Below, one piece after another: positions 1 to 10,958 of a DNA stretch of 64,000 nucleotides. The position numbers and the translations under genes were made by a program. Under the pieces are notes generated by a model. The model ran no database searches. It was not told the DNA's origin and worked only from the letters and a program-made list of their open reading frames with translations. The first letter of the stretch is position 1. Every line of letters begins with the position of its first letter. The stretch covers positions 868,001 to 932,000 of the forward strand of contig JBBPEE010000035.1 in NCBI GenBank assembly GCA_039096935.1, in the 5' to 3' direction. The DNA is from Blastocystis sp. ATCC 50177/Nand II. Taxonomy: Eukaryota.

Positions 1-2894
1 GTTTTGAACATCATCGCCACTGTGGAACACTATTCCAAGTTGGACGAGCTGTTCGTTCCCCACTTCAATTTGCCGCCCGGCAGCTCGCAACTCTCCAAAC
101 CTCCTTCCTCCACGGAACTGAGTCTGATGGACACCACGGCGGAACCCGACTCTTCTCTCTCCACGCCACGTGACGTGGATGAAACGGCCATCGAGGACGT
201 GGTGGTGACGCCTCGTCTGTCGCAGAAGCAGGCGCTGTCGGATCACCTGAAGGAATCCGCTCTGCACTCTGTGATTTGCTCCGTGTCGAAGGACGCGTTT
301 GAGTTCGAGATTCGCAATCGTTGGCGCGAGCGGCTGACAGTGACGCTGCACCGAACGCAACTGAAGCACGCGAAGCACGGCATTCTGTTCCCGGGCGAGA
401 GCGAGCCGGTGTACTCGTCGTTCATCGAAGTCCCCGAGCGCATCGTGATCGAGCCTGAGGGCACCGTGACGGTCACAGCACGCATCATTCCCGACACTGT
501 CGACGGCAAGGAGAAGGTGAGTGTGATGTGCGGAATTGACCGTAGCCCGAAGATGACACGGAGATGCCGACATCGCTGGTTCTTCAAACCTCCATCTGTT
601 CCTTCTTGTCCATCAATCTTCCCATCGTTATCCACTCCTCCACCGCACGTCACCTCCTCTTCGATTCCTCCTCCTTCTCCTCTCCCCTCTCTCTCTCGCT
701 CATCGTGCGTGGGGCCGCGGCGGTCGTGGACGGCTCCATCATTCACGTGGACATGGAGAAGCTCTCCATCCACCAGCAAAAGGAGATCCGTGTGACCGCG
801 TCCGGACGCAACGGAGACTTCATCCACACATTCTGCGTGAGGGTTGCAATATGACTTCATTCTAGTACATGCCAGAAACCGCCCCGTTTTTGACGGTGAC
901 GAAGGAGAAGGGATCGTTCCTTCTCCACCTGAAGTGCGATTCGGTGGGTTTCTTCTCTTCCCTTCTTCTTGTGGTTGACGAAAAGAACCACGATTTCTGC
1001 TTCATGACCGTTTCGGCCTCCGTACGGAATCTCCCGCCAATCAACCTTAGTTCATCTGCAATGTGGAGGAACTGTGTTCCGTGCCGCACGTGGCGCCTCT
1101 CCTGATTCCCGCCAACTCTCCCGCCAACTCCGATTCCCCGATTTCCCTCTCTTCCCTGTCCAGAACGGGTCAGTGGCAATGTCTACCACTCAACGAGGAT
1201 ATTCAGATCGAGGCGGACGCCTTCGACGAGGATTGCAGTGCGGAGAGTGAGGTGTTTGGTTTGACGAACCGCGGGAATATCGACTTGTCGGTGATTCTGT
1301 TCCACCTGGACCACAATCACATCTCGATTAACTTTGTGGACCTCGAGACCAATCAGAAGACGAAACTGATGTGGCCGCGGTAATTCGGCGTTACTCGTAG
1401 GGTGCTTCCCGCCAACTCCACGAAGTTCTTCTCCATCACCGTGAACGGGTTTGAGGAGGAAACGGACGAAACGGCCGCCTTGGAGGGAAATGACGGAAGC
1501 AGCAGCGATTTTGAGAACGACGCCGTTCCCGCCAAGTATTTGTGTTTCCGCCTGTTGTTCTCGAACCTGCAGGACTGCTTCATTCCCTTCTGCTTCCGCA
1601 TCAACAAGAAGCCGCAACAGTTCGACGTGGTGAACAAGGAGGGAAAATCGGTGCGAAACTCCCTCTTCGTGCTGCAGATCGAAGAAGCCTCCGGACAGTA
1701 CGCGTTCCGCGAAACGCCCACGCTGCGAGTGAGAAAGAAATCGGGGCATACCCAGTAGATTTGCAACCGTGGGGATGAGTCCATCCAAGTTCTGATCTTC
1801 AGCACCAGCTCCTATTTCAAACTGCAAGCAGAGGGCGTTTCCCTCCAACCTCACAATTCCCACCTTTCTGTTGATTCCCACCATCCTGTCAATTCCCTCC
1901 AACCTCACAACTCCCTCCAACCTCACAACTCCCTCCAACCTCACAATTCCCTCCAACCTCCCAGTTCCCTCCAACTTCACAACTCCCTCCATTCTCCTAA
2001 TTCCCTCCAACTTCACAACTCCCTCCAACCTCACAATTCCCTCCATTCTCCCAGTCCCACAGGTGCCACAAGCACCACAAACACAGTCACCTTCGGGTCC
2101 TTCGGGGGCAGCCCGGCGGTGATCGAGAAGGGCGGCGAGCTGACGCTGAGCTTCGCGCTGGTGGTGGAGATGTACCTGGACCGCGTGAAGCACAACACCA
2201 ACCTGAGCGACCTGCACCTGATCGAGTTCCAGGAGCAGGCTAGCAAGCAATCCCTGCAAATCTTCGTTCACGTCGTGAATAGGTGAGTGCCGCAAATCGG
2301 GCTGATTTCGTAGCGACCACCTGGATCGGTTTCAGCAGACGTCGCTGCTGTCCGCGTCGGAAACGCTGTTCCGGTACTGTCTGTCCATCGCGGAGTCCTT
2401 CATGCACAACTGGTCCAAATTCCCCGTTGTTTTGGAATCGGCCAATGTGGAGACGATTTTTGCCCTGCTGGAGAGCCGCGAGGACGACACGCCGTGCGAG
2501 GAGCTGAACGAGTTTTCCTTCGATGCGCTGAGGAGTGCATTTGACGAGCTGTGCTGCGTGGATCGCATTGTGGTGGATGTGTTGAAGAGCGTTGGTGATG
2601 ATTGCGATGATGATGGGTTAGAGACCCGATGTGCGCCACTTCGTGCCGAACGCAGTCTCCTTCTACGTGATGCTGTTCTCGCAGCCCTGCTTCGCCGTGT
2701 TCCTGGAGGTGGATGATCTCCCGATCTGTGAGGCGTAGATGAAGCATCCCCTGCCGCTGTGTCTGCGCGAGTGGGTCGAGGAGTTCCACCGACTGGTGAG
2801 TGAGTGTCCGTTGATGTATTCGAGTGTGTGTAACCTGCTTCAGGTTTGTGCTGTGGCAGACTGTAATGGATAGAATTTATTGTTGCTTGTGTAA
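1..2894 (+). CDS. Hypothetical multi-exon protein (5' end outside window), possibly several Ig-like/ASH-type beta-sandwich domains, with an SLQPHN repeat
   Basis: ORF pieces 4-795, 564-854, 869-1105, 1063-1383, 1402-1758 and 2402-2716 join through ~30-nt GT-AG introns. Last exon NLLLLV ends in TAA at 2892-2894, followed by TGTTTGTT at 2901. Confidence 0.7.
1838..2054 (+). repeat. 18-bp minisatellite (TCCCTCCAACCTCACAAY) encoding (SLQPHN)n in frame
   Basis: Tandem units are visible and the frame from 1759 stays open through the array to VIEKGG at 2119. Confidence 0.85.
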
Positions 2895-2946
2895 TCGTGC
2901 TGTTTGTTCACAAACAGATTTGTTCATTCTACCCTCGCCAGTAATC

Positions 2947-5900
2947 ATGCCGTTGAATACGAAAGAGGATTTTACAGTGGTCGGAGTCATGAAAGAGACG
3001 TAGGTTGCGTAGGTTGGCTTCTCACCACCAGGCGGCATAGCACGGTGATGGAGGCAATAGACAACCGGACGAGGGAAAGTCTCATTATCAAATACGTGAA
3101 AAACAAGAATCTGCTGGGCATTCTGAAGGCGAACATCAAACAGCTGAAGGGCGCCCATTTTCAGCCAGACATCCAGTATAGAAGAGTGATCGAAAGAGAG
3201 AAGGGGTTTATGGTGCGTTCGTATCGATTTCGGTCATGCGTAGGTGTTCATGGAAAAGAAGAGTCCCGCCTCCCTTGCGGATTGCATTGATTACGGTTTT
3301 GTGCTAGACATTCACACGATACGTTGTATTGCCGTGTATGTTGTCTCTGCTCTCGCCAATCTTCACAAGCGTGGCGTGTCGCATGGAGTAGCCTAAGATT
3401 TATCCAGTTTTCGCGTAGAACGTCACGGCAAGCAACATCCTTCCCCTTGCCAACAATTCCTTCGGTCTAACGGATTACGGCTATCGCTCGCTTCCCAACG
3501 ATGCGAGCGCGATGCAGGAAGACATCGTCCAAGTGGGTTTGCTGATGATCGAGCTGTTCGGAGGGAGAGAGAACCGAGAGAAGGTCTACTTCACCACCGG
3601 CGATTGGGATGCCACCCTCCTCAACTTCACAACGACTTGTTTGGAAAAGAAGGTTGCATCGATGGCATCATTGCTCGACGTTCGACCATCGAAGGAGCTC
3701 AATCGTAGCATCCCTTCATCAGCAAGACGTACAGACGCTTCAAGGAATGCGGCTATCTCGTCGAAGAGCGGGAAATCTATCTGAAAACTCCCGCCATCAT
3801 GACAACCCAGTGGGTGAAACGCCCTCTCCAGTTGAAGCACAACGCGATGGAGATGACGAAGAAGGAAGTGTTGGAGGAGGCGATGGTGTTCGCGGACGAC
3901 ACGACGTTGTTGGATTTGGAGTTGTATGGAAAGGAGATTGAGGTGTGCGGTGGATTGAGCAAGGAACAAGAGAGAGTGTTTCAGTGGAACAAGTACGGGA
4001 ATGTGGTGGTGGCGGACGTGAAGAGAAAGGAGTTGCTAAGGGTGAATGACGAGGATTTGAAGCGGGTGGAGAAGAAGAAGGTGCTGAATCTGAGTGATGA
4101 TGGAGAGAGATGGGAAGGAGACGTGCTGGGCAACCAACCGTTTGGCTGGGGCGTGTTGTATGACAGTGAGGGCGAGAAGGCGTACGAGGGATTCCGCGTG
4201 GGCGAAGTGAACGTGTGTTATGGCACTCGGTATTACTCGGACATTGGAGTGATGGAATATGAAGGCGAGTGGTGCGATGGAAAGCGCTGGGGAAAGGGAA
4301 CACAGTACAACCGGCACGGGAACTGGGTGTATCGAGGCGGTTGGGTGAATGACGTACAAGTGGGAGACGTGGTGGAAGAGCCGCTGACCGTTGATTCCGA
4401 TGTGCATTTCCAGTTCCACAGTTACATCACAACCATCGACTTCTGCGAGGGTGTGTTCAACTCGCGAGAAATCCGCTGTCTGTCCTTCGAGTCGTTCCTA
4501 AACCTGCACTCCGTAGTATTCGAGGATAATTGCTTCAACCTGACCCAGTCGCTCTCTCTCGTGAACATGGCCCATCTCGGCTTCTTCGCCGTCCGCCATA
4601 ACTGCTTCCGCCACGCCAAAACAGGAGCGCTGTCCGTCACTGTGCGCAACTGCCCGCAGTTGGAGACGTTCTATGTGGGCAGGCACTGTTTCACGCACTT
4701 CAAGCACTTTTCCATTTCTCGTACTTCTTCTTCTCCTCCATCACAACCAGACACTCGCATGTCCAACGCTCACTTCGGGGAGAAATCATTCCCTCACTTC
4801 TCCACAGCTGTCTTCTCGGGTCCGATCACGCCTCTCTCTTCACTCTAGACTGTCCTTTCGTCGAAACGCTGATGTTCGGCAAAGGCTCGTTTGTCGGCGT
4901 TCCTACCTACACCACCAAGGTCACCCTTCAAAGCACTTCTCCTTCTCTCTCTTCACACACAGATCTGCCCGTTCTCAAAACCATCGAAGGCTCGCCCGAC
5001 ACCTTCTCCAACTGTCAGTTCTTTATCCTGAAGCGTTTCACTTCTTTCTCCTTTTTCCACTAGACTTGCCACGTCTCGCCAAAGCCACTCTGCCCAACGC
5101 TTTCGTCACCGCGCAACAAGCCGTGATTCTTGGTACCTGTTCTCTCACTGAATTACACACAGACGCCGACGGCGCGCGGAAATGCCTGCGGATTCCCGCG
5201 GCGCTGGAACAGGTAAACGTGACGGGCTATCAGGACCTGAGCACTCTTGCCACGACGGTGCAGTCCCTCGTGATTGACAACTATGCCTGCAATTCCAGAC
5301 ATATGGTGCCGGAGCTAAATCTGGGGAAATTCGTGCAGCTGCGTTCGGTGGTGATCGGCTCGATGGCTTGTCGGTACGTGAAGTCGCTGGTGGTGGACAA
5401 CATGCCCAACTTGGAGGTGGTGGTGATTGGTTGTTGCTCCTTCACGCACACGCCCAGGCAGCAACACTTCCAGGAGTGCATGTTCCACTGCAACAACAAC
5501 CCGAAGCTGAAGACGATTCGCGTCGGCAACTACTCCTTCCCTTCGTTCTACTACTTCGAGGCGAAGTGTAGCGATGCGATGAATGCGTCATCGATAGACA
5601 ACCCGGAGCTGACGGAGATTGAGATCGGTGCGGAGACGTTGGACCTTGCGGAAACCGTTCACGAAGAAGTGGAGCAGGGTGCTTTCTTCCGATCAGGATT
5701 CGCAATCGAGAGTGGGTGAAGAGAATAATATGCATGGTAGTGTCGCCCAGTCTCATTCTGGTGATCTTTGGAAAGAAGTGCTTCCGATACGGCTCCGATT
5801 TTGCATTCATCGGTCAGAGTGGTAGATAAGAGTGAAAAATAGGCCTGCCGAGCTTGCTAAGCATCACACTGGGAGAGCAGTCCATGTGTGGCGACAAGTC

Positions 5901-6214
5901 CTACTGTCTGCTGACGATGGAGAGTGATCCTGCTTGAATACTCTAAAGTCTAGACATGCCGAATCTGGTGGCACTGAAATGCGACTCTGGAGACACGCTG
6001 AAGAACTGTACCGCCATGACGCTGAAGCGTGATCCTGACTGAATCCTCTGAGACCTAGACCTTCCGAACCTGACGCAGATTGGAAACGGCGTCGTTCCGG
6101 GGGAAGTCCACCTCGTTTCCGAGAGTCATCCAGAATGGGAGCGCTAAGTCGTAGATGTTCACCCGATGGTCTCCAGGAAGCTTGGAAAGGGATGGAACAA
6201 GAACGGTTTGTTTT
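2947..6214 (+). CDS. Pseudokinase + MORN repeats + LRR fusion protein; stop completed by poly(A)
   Basis: Spliced N-terminus has a kinase-like fold with HGN in place of HRD and DYG in place of DFG, ending HPFI. It continues into MORN motifs (ERWEGDV..PFGWGVLY, YEGEWCDGKRWGKG) and LRR exons beginning (D/N/H)LP. Ends NGLF-T(6214) CGCT TGTTTGTT. Confidence 0.8.
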
Positions 6215-6507
6215 CGCTTGTTTGTTGCGCAGAAATGAGAGGGAAAACAATCCAGGGGGTCGCCGCTTCGGAAATCAGCAAGCATCGTATGACCCCAACG
6301 TCGTTGGGAAGCCGCTTCCCGCGATTCTTCCAGGGACACTCCACCCTTTTCTTGCTTCACTCGGCTTGTTTGAATCCGAAGCGCCAAAAGAGGGTAGGAA
6401 CGCCCATTGTTGGAATTCGTCCGCTATCGTCCTTCTGCGATGCTGTCGCATTGACAAGAGTCGTGAAGGACCGTTTTTGAGTTCATGAGTGCTAACACGC
6501 GTGTAGA

Positions 6508-8504
6508 ATGTCCAGTTCGCTTCACGAACGCATCGCCAGCGAGGTGCGCTCCTATTTGAAATGCGTTTCAGACATCGAGTGATGGTCCGTGCGTCCGTTT
6601 AGTCCTAGAACGGTTCGGTTCAAAACGGTGCTGAAGATGCTGGAGCAGCGTTTGAATCTGACGAAGGAAAGCCTGATTGCCGAAAAGGAGACGATCAAGG
6701 CGATTATCCGAGTGGTTTTGTGTCTAGGAGCAATCACCGATAGGAGGAGGGAATGAAGGAGTTCGAGAGCCGCGAGTCCAGTGCAAAGAAGCAGTTTAGT
6801 CCCATTGGAAGGAGCGAATTTGACATTGCCGGAGATGGAATGAACTCGATTATGAATCTGGTACACCTTGGAGTGCATTGTGACGATGAGTCCTTGCAGG
6901 AGGATACGCGGCGAGATAGGGAGGCATTCAACACCTTTTCAAAGGAGCAGCGCAATATAATCCACGCCAGCAATCCCGGTAGAAGTGGTCATCACGATTG
7001 ACGCACAGCGCTCCCCGTGAACGAGCTGTCTGGAATTATCGACGCCAACTGGAAGGCGCTGCCCATGAAGGAAAAGCAGTACTACATGGAACGGAGCGAG
7101 ATGAAAGATTTGTCGCTGCAAACGTCGTTATGTTCCTCTTCCCTTATTCCTAGTTCCGAATCCTACGGAAAGCCCAAGCGAGACATGCGATCGAAGGATT
7201 CCTCGATGTCTCGCCTTCATGGCTGCAACACCGTCCAAATCCCCAAGAAGCCCCGCAGCGCGTACATTTTCTTCTGTCTAAAGCATCGACAGCGAATTCA
7301 AGATGAGAATGAGAGTTTGTGTTTGCGTGTTGAATTCCCCTCCAGATCTGAGTCCTGTTGATGTGAGTCGCCGCCTGGGCCAGGAGTGGAACGCGCTGTC
7401 TCCGGAGGAGAAGGAGGTTGGTTCGGCATGATGCGATGATGGGCAGCCGTTCAAGCAATCCGAGTACGAGGACCGAATTCGCTTCCAGAACGAGCTGAAG
7501 AGCATCGGCATGACGTACTCGCCATTGCGATCATGATCACATCGTAGCCCGGAAGACCTGCGAAGAACGAGTCGGAACTCCTTTGCTTCCGCCTCGCGTG
7601 CGAAGAGCGCCTATCTGTACTTCTGCTCTCTCAAACGCGAAGAAATGCGCTCCCAAAACCCTCGTGAGAAATCGGACCTTTTTTTTGACCATAGAAATGT
7701 CGTCTAATGAAATCAACCGCGCGCTGAATGCTCGGTGGACGGAAATGCCAGAAGAAGAGCGGTTTTTATACGAGTCGAACGCGTTTGACGACAAGGAACG
7801 AATCAAACGAGAAGTGGAAAAGGTGAAAATGAAGTTGGGGCCACCCGTTTTTGATGACGCGTAGTATCAAGCAACCGTTCGTGCTTCCCGTGCCGAAGGC
7901 GAAGCGAATGAAACGAGCTCGCACGCCGTACACGTTCTTCTACAAGGAGCAAATGGCGCGTTTACGCGAGCAGAACGGAGGCATGAAAAATGGGGGGTGT
8001 TGAGGGGTAGGTTTGGGATTCGGGGAGATCAGCAAGAAACTGTCCGATATTTGGAAGAGTCTTCCGGACGAGGAGAAGCAACCGTACATCGAGAAATCCC
8101 GATTGGAGCAAGAAACGATCAATCCCGTGATTGACGGAAATGGGAGTGATTGGTAGGAGGAGGATGAGAATTCGGGTTTTGTGCAATATATGAGCCAGAG
8201 ATCGACAGCAATCCGACAAAGCAAGCCTTGTGGGAATGGAATGAAGATGTGATGCGCAGCGATCAGCGATTCGGAGATTCGGGAGATTTGCGGGAGAGAG
8301 TGGGGGATGATGAGTCATGAGATGAAGGAGGAATACGCGCAGGAGAAGTGGGTGATGGAAATGGCATGTGAGGGTAGGAGGATGAAGATGAGTGATGTGA
8401 GTGTACCCATGGACGGCAACGCAGTGATGATGAAGCAGGACGGCGAGCTGATGATCATGAATGAAGGCAACATGGATCCGTCCCATTACGAGCCTTCGAA
8501 TTAG
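6508..8504 (+). CDS. DEK-C-like domain plus about five HMG boxes (chromatin protein)
   Basis: HMG motifs PKKPRSAYIFFC..LGQEWNALSPEEK, AKSAYLYFC..RWTEMPEEER and KRARTPYTFFY..IWKSLPDEEKQPY. N-terminal TVRFKTVLKMLEQRLNL..EKETIKAII resembles DEK-C. TAG at 8502-8504. Confidence 0.8.
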
Positions 8505-8549
8505 TCTTTTGTGAATGTGTGTTGGATAAGCAGTGCATTTGGGAATGAG

Positions 8550-8562
8550 TGTTTGACAAACA
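8550..8562. terminator. Overlapping bidirectional 3'-end motif TGTTTGACAAACA
   Basis: Lies between the convergent HMG and METTL23 genes. Confidence 0.7.
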
Positions 8563-8566
8563 GGGA

Positions 8567-9296
8567 AATTGAAAAGGGGTTGTAGGGAGGTAGAGTACAG
8601 GAGGACGATCTGTTCCGTCGTATCGCCGTCGTAAAAGGCAACAGCATAGGGCAATTCCCACGTCTCCAAGTAGCTCTCGATGCGCTTCATATAGCTATCC
8701 GTAATCAACACCCAGCTGCAGTTACAGTCGTTCGGGAAGCACAAACAGGAATCGGCAGTGGGGATTGCGTTTCAGCAAGAAGGATAGCGTTGCCAATAAG
8801 CTGTCGATCACTAGTCATAAACACAATGACATTTGGCTGCGTTTGGAGTCGTAGAAGAGATCCGCGCCAATCACCAAATCAATGGGTTCCAGCTGCAGCA
8901 ACTCCTTCGTGATGTGTCCCCAGTACAACGGAAACTAGATTGGAGAAGAAGCGGAGAGCCTACCACATGGCACTTTGAGTCGACGTGATTCCGTTTGCAG
9001 TTGTCTCTGCAGTTCTCGAGAATACCAGCAGGCTGTCCCACGTCGGTCAAGTGCACAACACTCCCGCACTTCGCCGCCACGATGCCAGGAAGACCCACAC
9101 CGCATCCCAGTTCCAACACCCTTGCAGAAGAGAAGAGAGAGGAATGACGCGCGATTAGAGTCGCTAGCACGATCGAGGATGGCCAGGCGATGCAGCCATA
9201 GTCTCCTGAGTACACTTCACTTATCTGCAACTCGGTTTCCATCCCATGGATTGCAAAGGAGGAGTTGCGGCATGGACACGCCGCAGATGGATCCAT
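8567..9296 (-). CDS. METTL23: METTL23-like SAM-dependent protein methyltransferase; stop completed by poly(A)
   Basis: DYGCIAWPSSIVLA, VLELGCGVGLPGIVAAK, LTD and DLVIGADLFYD motifs. Ends QPLFN-T(8567) TCCC TGTTTGTC. Confidence 0.8.
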
Positions 9297-9372
9297 TTAG
9301 CAGTGTTAATTCCAAAGCAATAGCAGGGAAGAATGGAAGAGAAATCACATGATCCTTGGTTGTTGCTGAATC

Positions 9373-10926
9373 ATGCTCTCATTGTCTCGAAACGGAGTGA
9401 AGAAGATGACGCGAGTGATTCCCGTGCTATGGAAGAGGTGGTCGGCGCTCTCTTTCGAGAAGGGGATTGCCAGCGCTCCGCGCCAACTCGGATGGCTTTC
9501 AATCGGTGTGCAGCAGCGATTCTACCGTCGGAGCGACAGTATTCCGCCGATCAGCGAGACGAATCCCGAGCTCTTGCTTTTATGGCATCCTACGAAGAAC
9601 GTCGGCATCAGCCCGGAGGATGTGACCATTAAATCCTTTCAGAAGGTGTGGTGGAAGTGTCCGAAGGGAGTGGACCACGAGTGGCAGGCGAGCATCCGGT
9701 ACATGGTAGACAAGAACAACAAGTACATCGGCTGCCCGTTCTGCAACAACAAGCGCGTGTCCATCACCAACTCGCTCTCCACCAAGTTCCCCGAGATTGC
9801 GGCGCAGTGGCACCCCACAAAGAACAACAGTCTCCTCCCGTCCGCAGTGACGTACACGAGCACGAAGAATGTGTGGTGGATGTGCGAGAAGGGCCACGAG
9901 TGGAAGCGGCCGATCAACCAGCGCGTGAATCCGAAGACGCCCACGCAGCGTTTGGGGAGGTGGATTAGATGATGCATAGATCTGTGTCCGTACTGCATCG
10001 GAATGCACCCAACGACGCGCACTCTGGAGCAGGCCTATCCCGAGATCGCGAAGGAGTGGGACTACGAGAAGAACGGCGATTTGCTTCCCTCGCACGTCAG
10101 CAAGAGTTCCGCCGTGCGTGTGTGGTGGAAGTGTGAAAAGGGCCACGAGTGGCAAACCACGGTGAACAATCGCACATCGTCGCATCACAGTGGCTGTCCG
10201 TACTGCAACGGGCACATCGTGTCGCCGGAACGCTCTCTGGCCTATCTCTACCCCGCTATCGCAGCGCAGTGGCATCCCACCAAGAACGGATCATTAACTC
10301 CCTCCATGGTGTTTCCGTGCTCCGATCGTCTGGTCTGGTGGGTGTGCACCGCCTCCACGCCCAAGCCCCTGGAAATTGGGGAAATCGTGGAAACCATCTC
10401 CATTCCGGAAGATGAGCCACTCCGACAGAGTGGGTGTGGAAAGGAGTGGCAGGAAAGCGTGGTGTCGCGCGTGACGAAGTATAAGACGAGCGGAACGCTT
10501 TGTTGGGAATGATGCTGCGATTGACGAGTAGACTGCCCGGAGTGTTCGTACAAGAACCACTACAAGAGGAGCAGCAAGAAGCCAGAGCGCCAAGCAAGTT
10601 CCTTCAACAAGAAGCAATTGCGGAAGATCAAGGCCAAGAACGGAACGAACAAGGATGATGTGATCATGGTGTCTGCCTCTGATTACGAATCGCTCATCGC
10701 CTCGGGCGTGTACGAATCGGCGGAATCCAATCCCGATGGAGAGAAGGTGATGAAGTCAGTGTACGGAAAGCGCGCCAATCCGTACAAGCACTCCGATTCC
10801 ACCACGCCCGTCACCGGTCCGCGTCAGCGCGTGGTGCTGGACTCGCTTCCCGACTCGGAGTTTTCGGAGTATTCAGAGACTATGGAACCCGAGTCGACTT
10901 CCTCAGAAGAGGGTTGGTCCTTTTAA
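9373..10926 (+). CDS. Protein with four tandem zinc-ribbon (DUF4379-like) repeats and a possible organellar presequence
   Basis: Repeated W(H/D)xxKN..P..V......VWWxC..GHEW......R....CPxC. Basic/hydrophobic N-terminus MLSLSRNGVKKMTRV..RFYRR. TAA at 10924-10926. Confidence 0.8.
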
Positions 10927-10958
10927 TGTACTCTGTCGTGTGTGTTGAACAAACAGCG

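Noticed and set aside
7962..8566. Long minus-strand ORF extension overlapping the HMG gene
   Set aside because: It is read-through of METTL23 past its poly(A)-made stop, antisense to a real gene.
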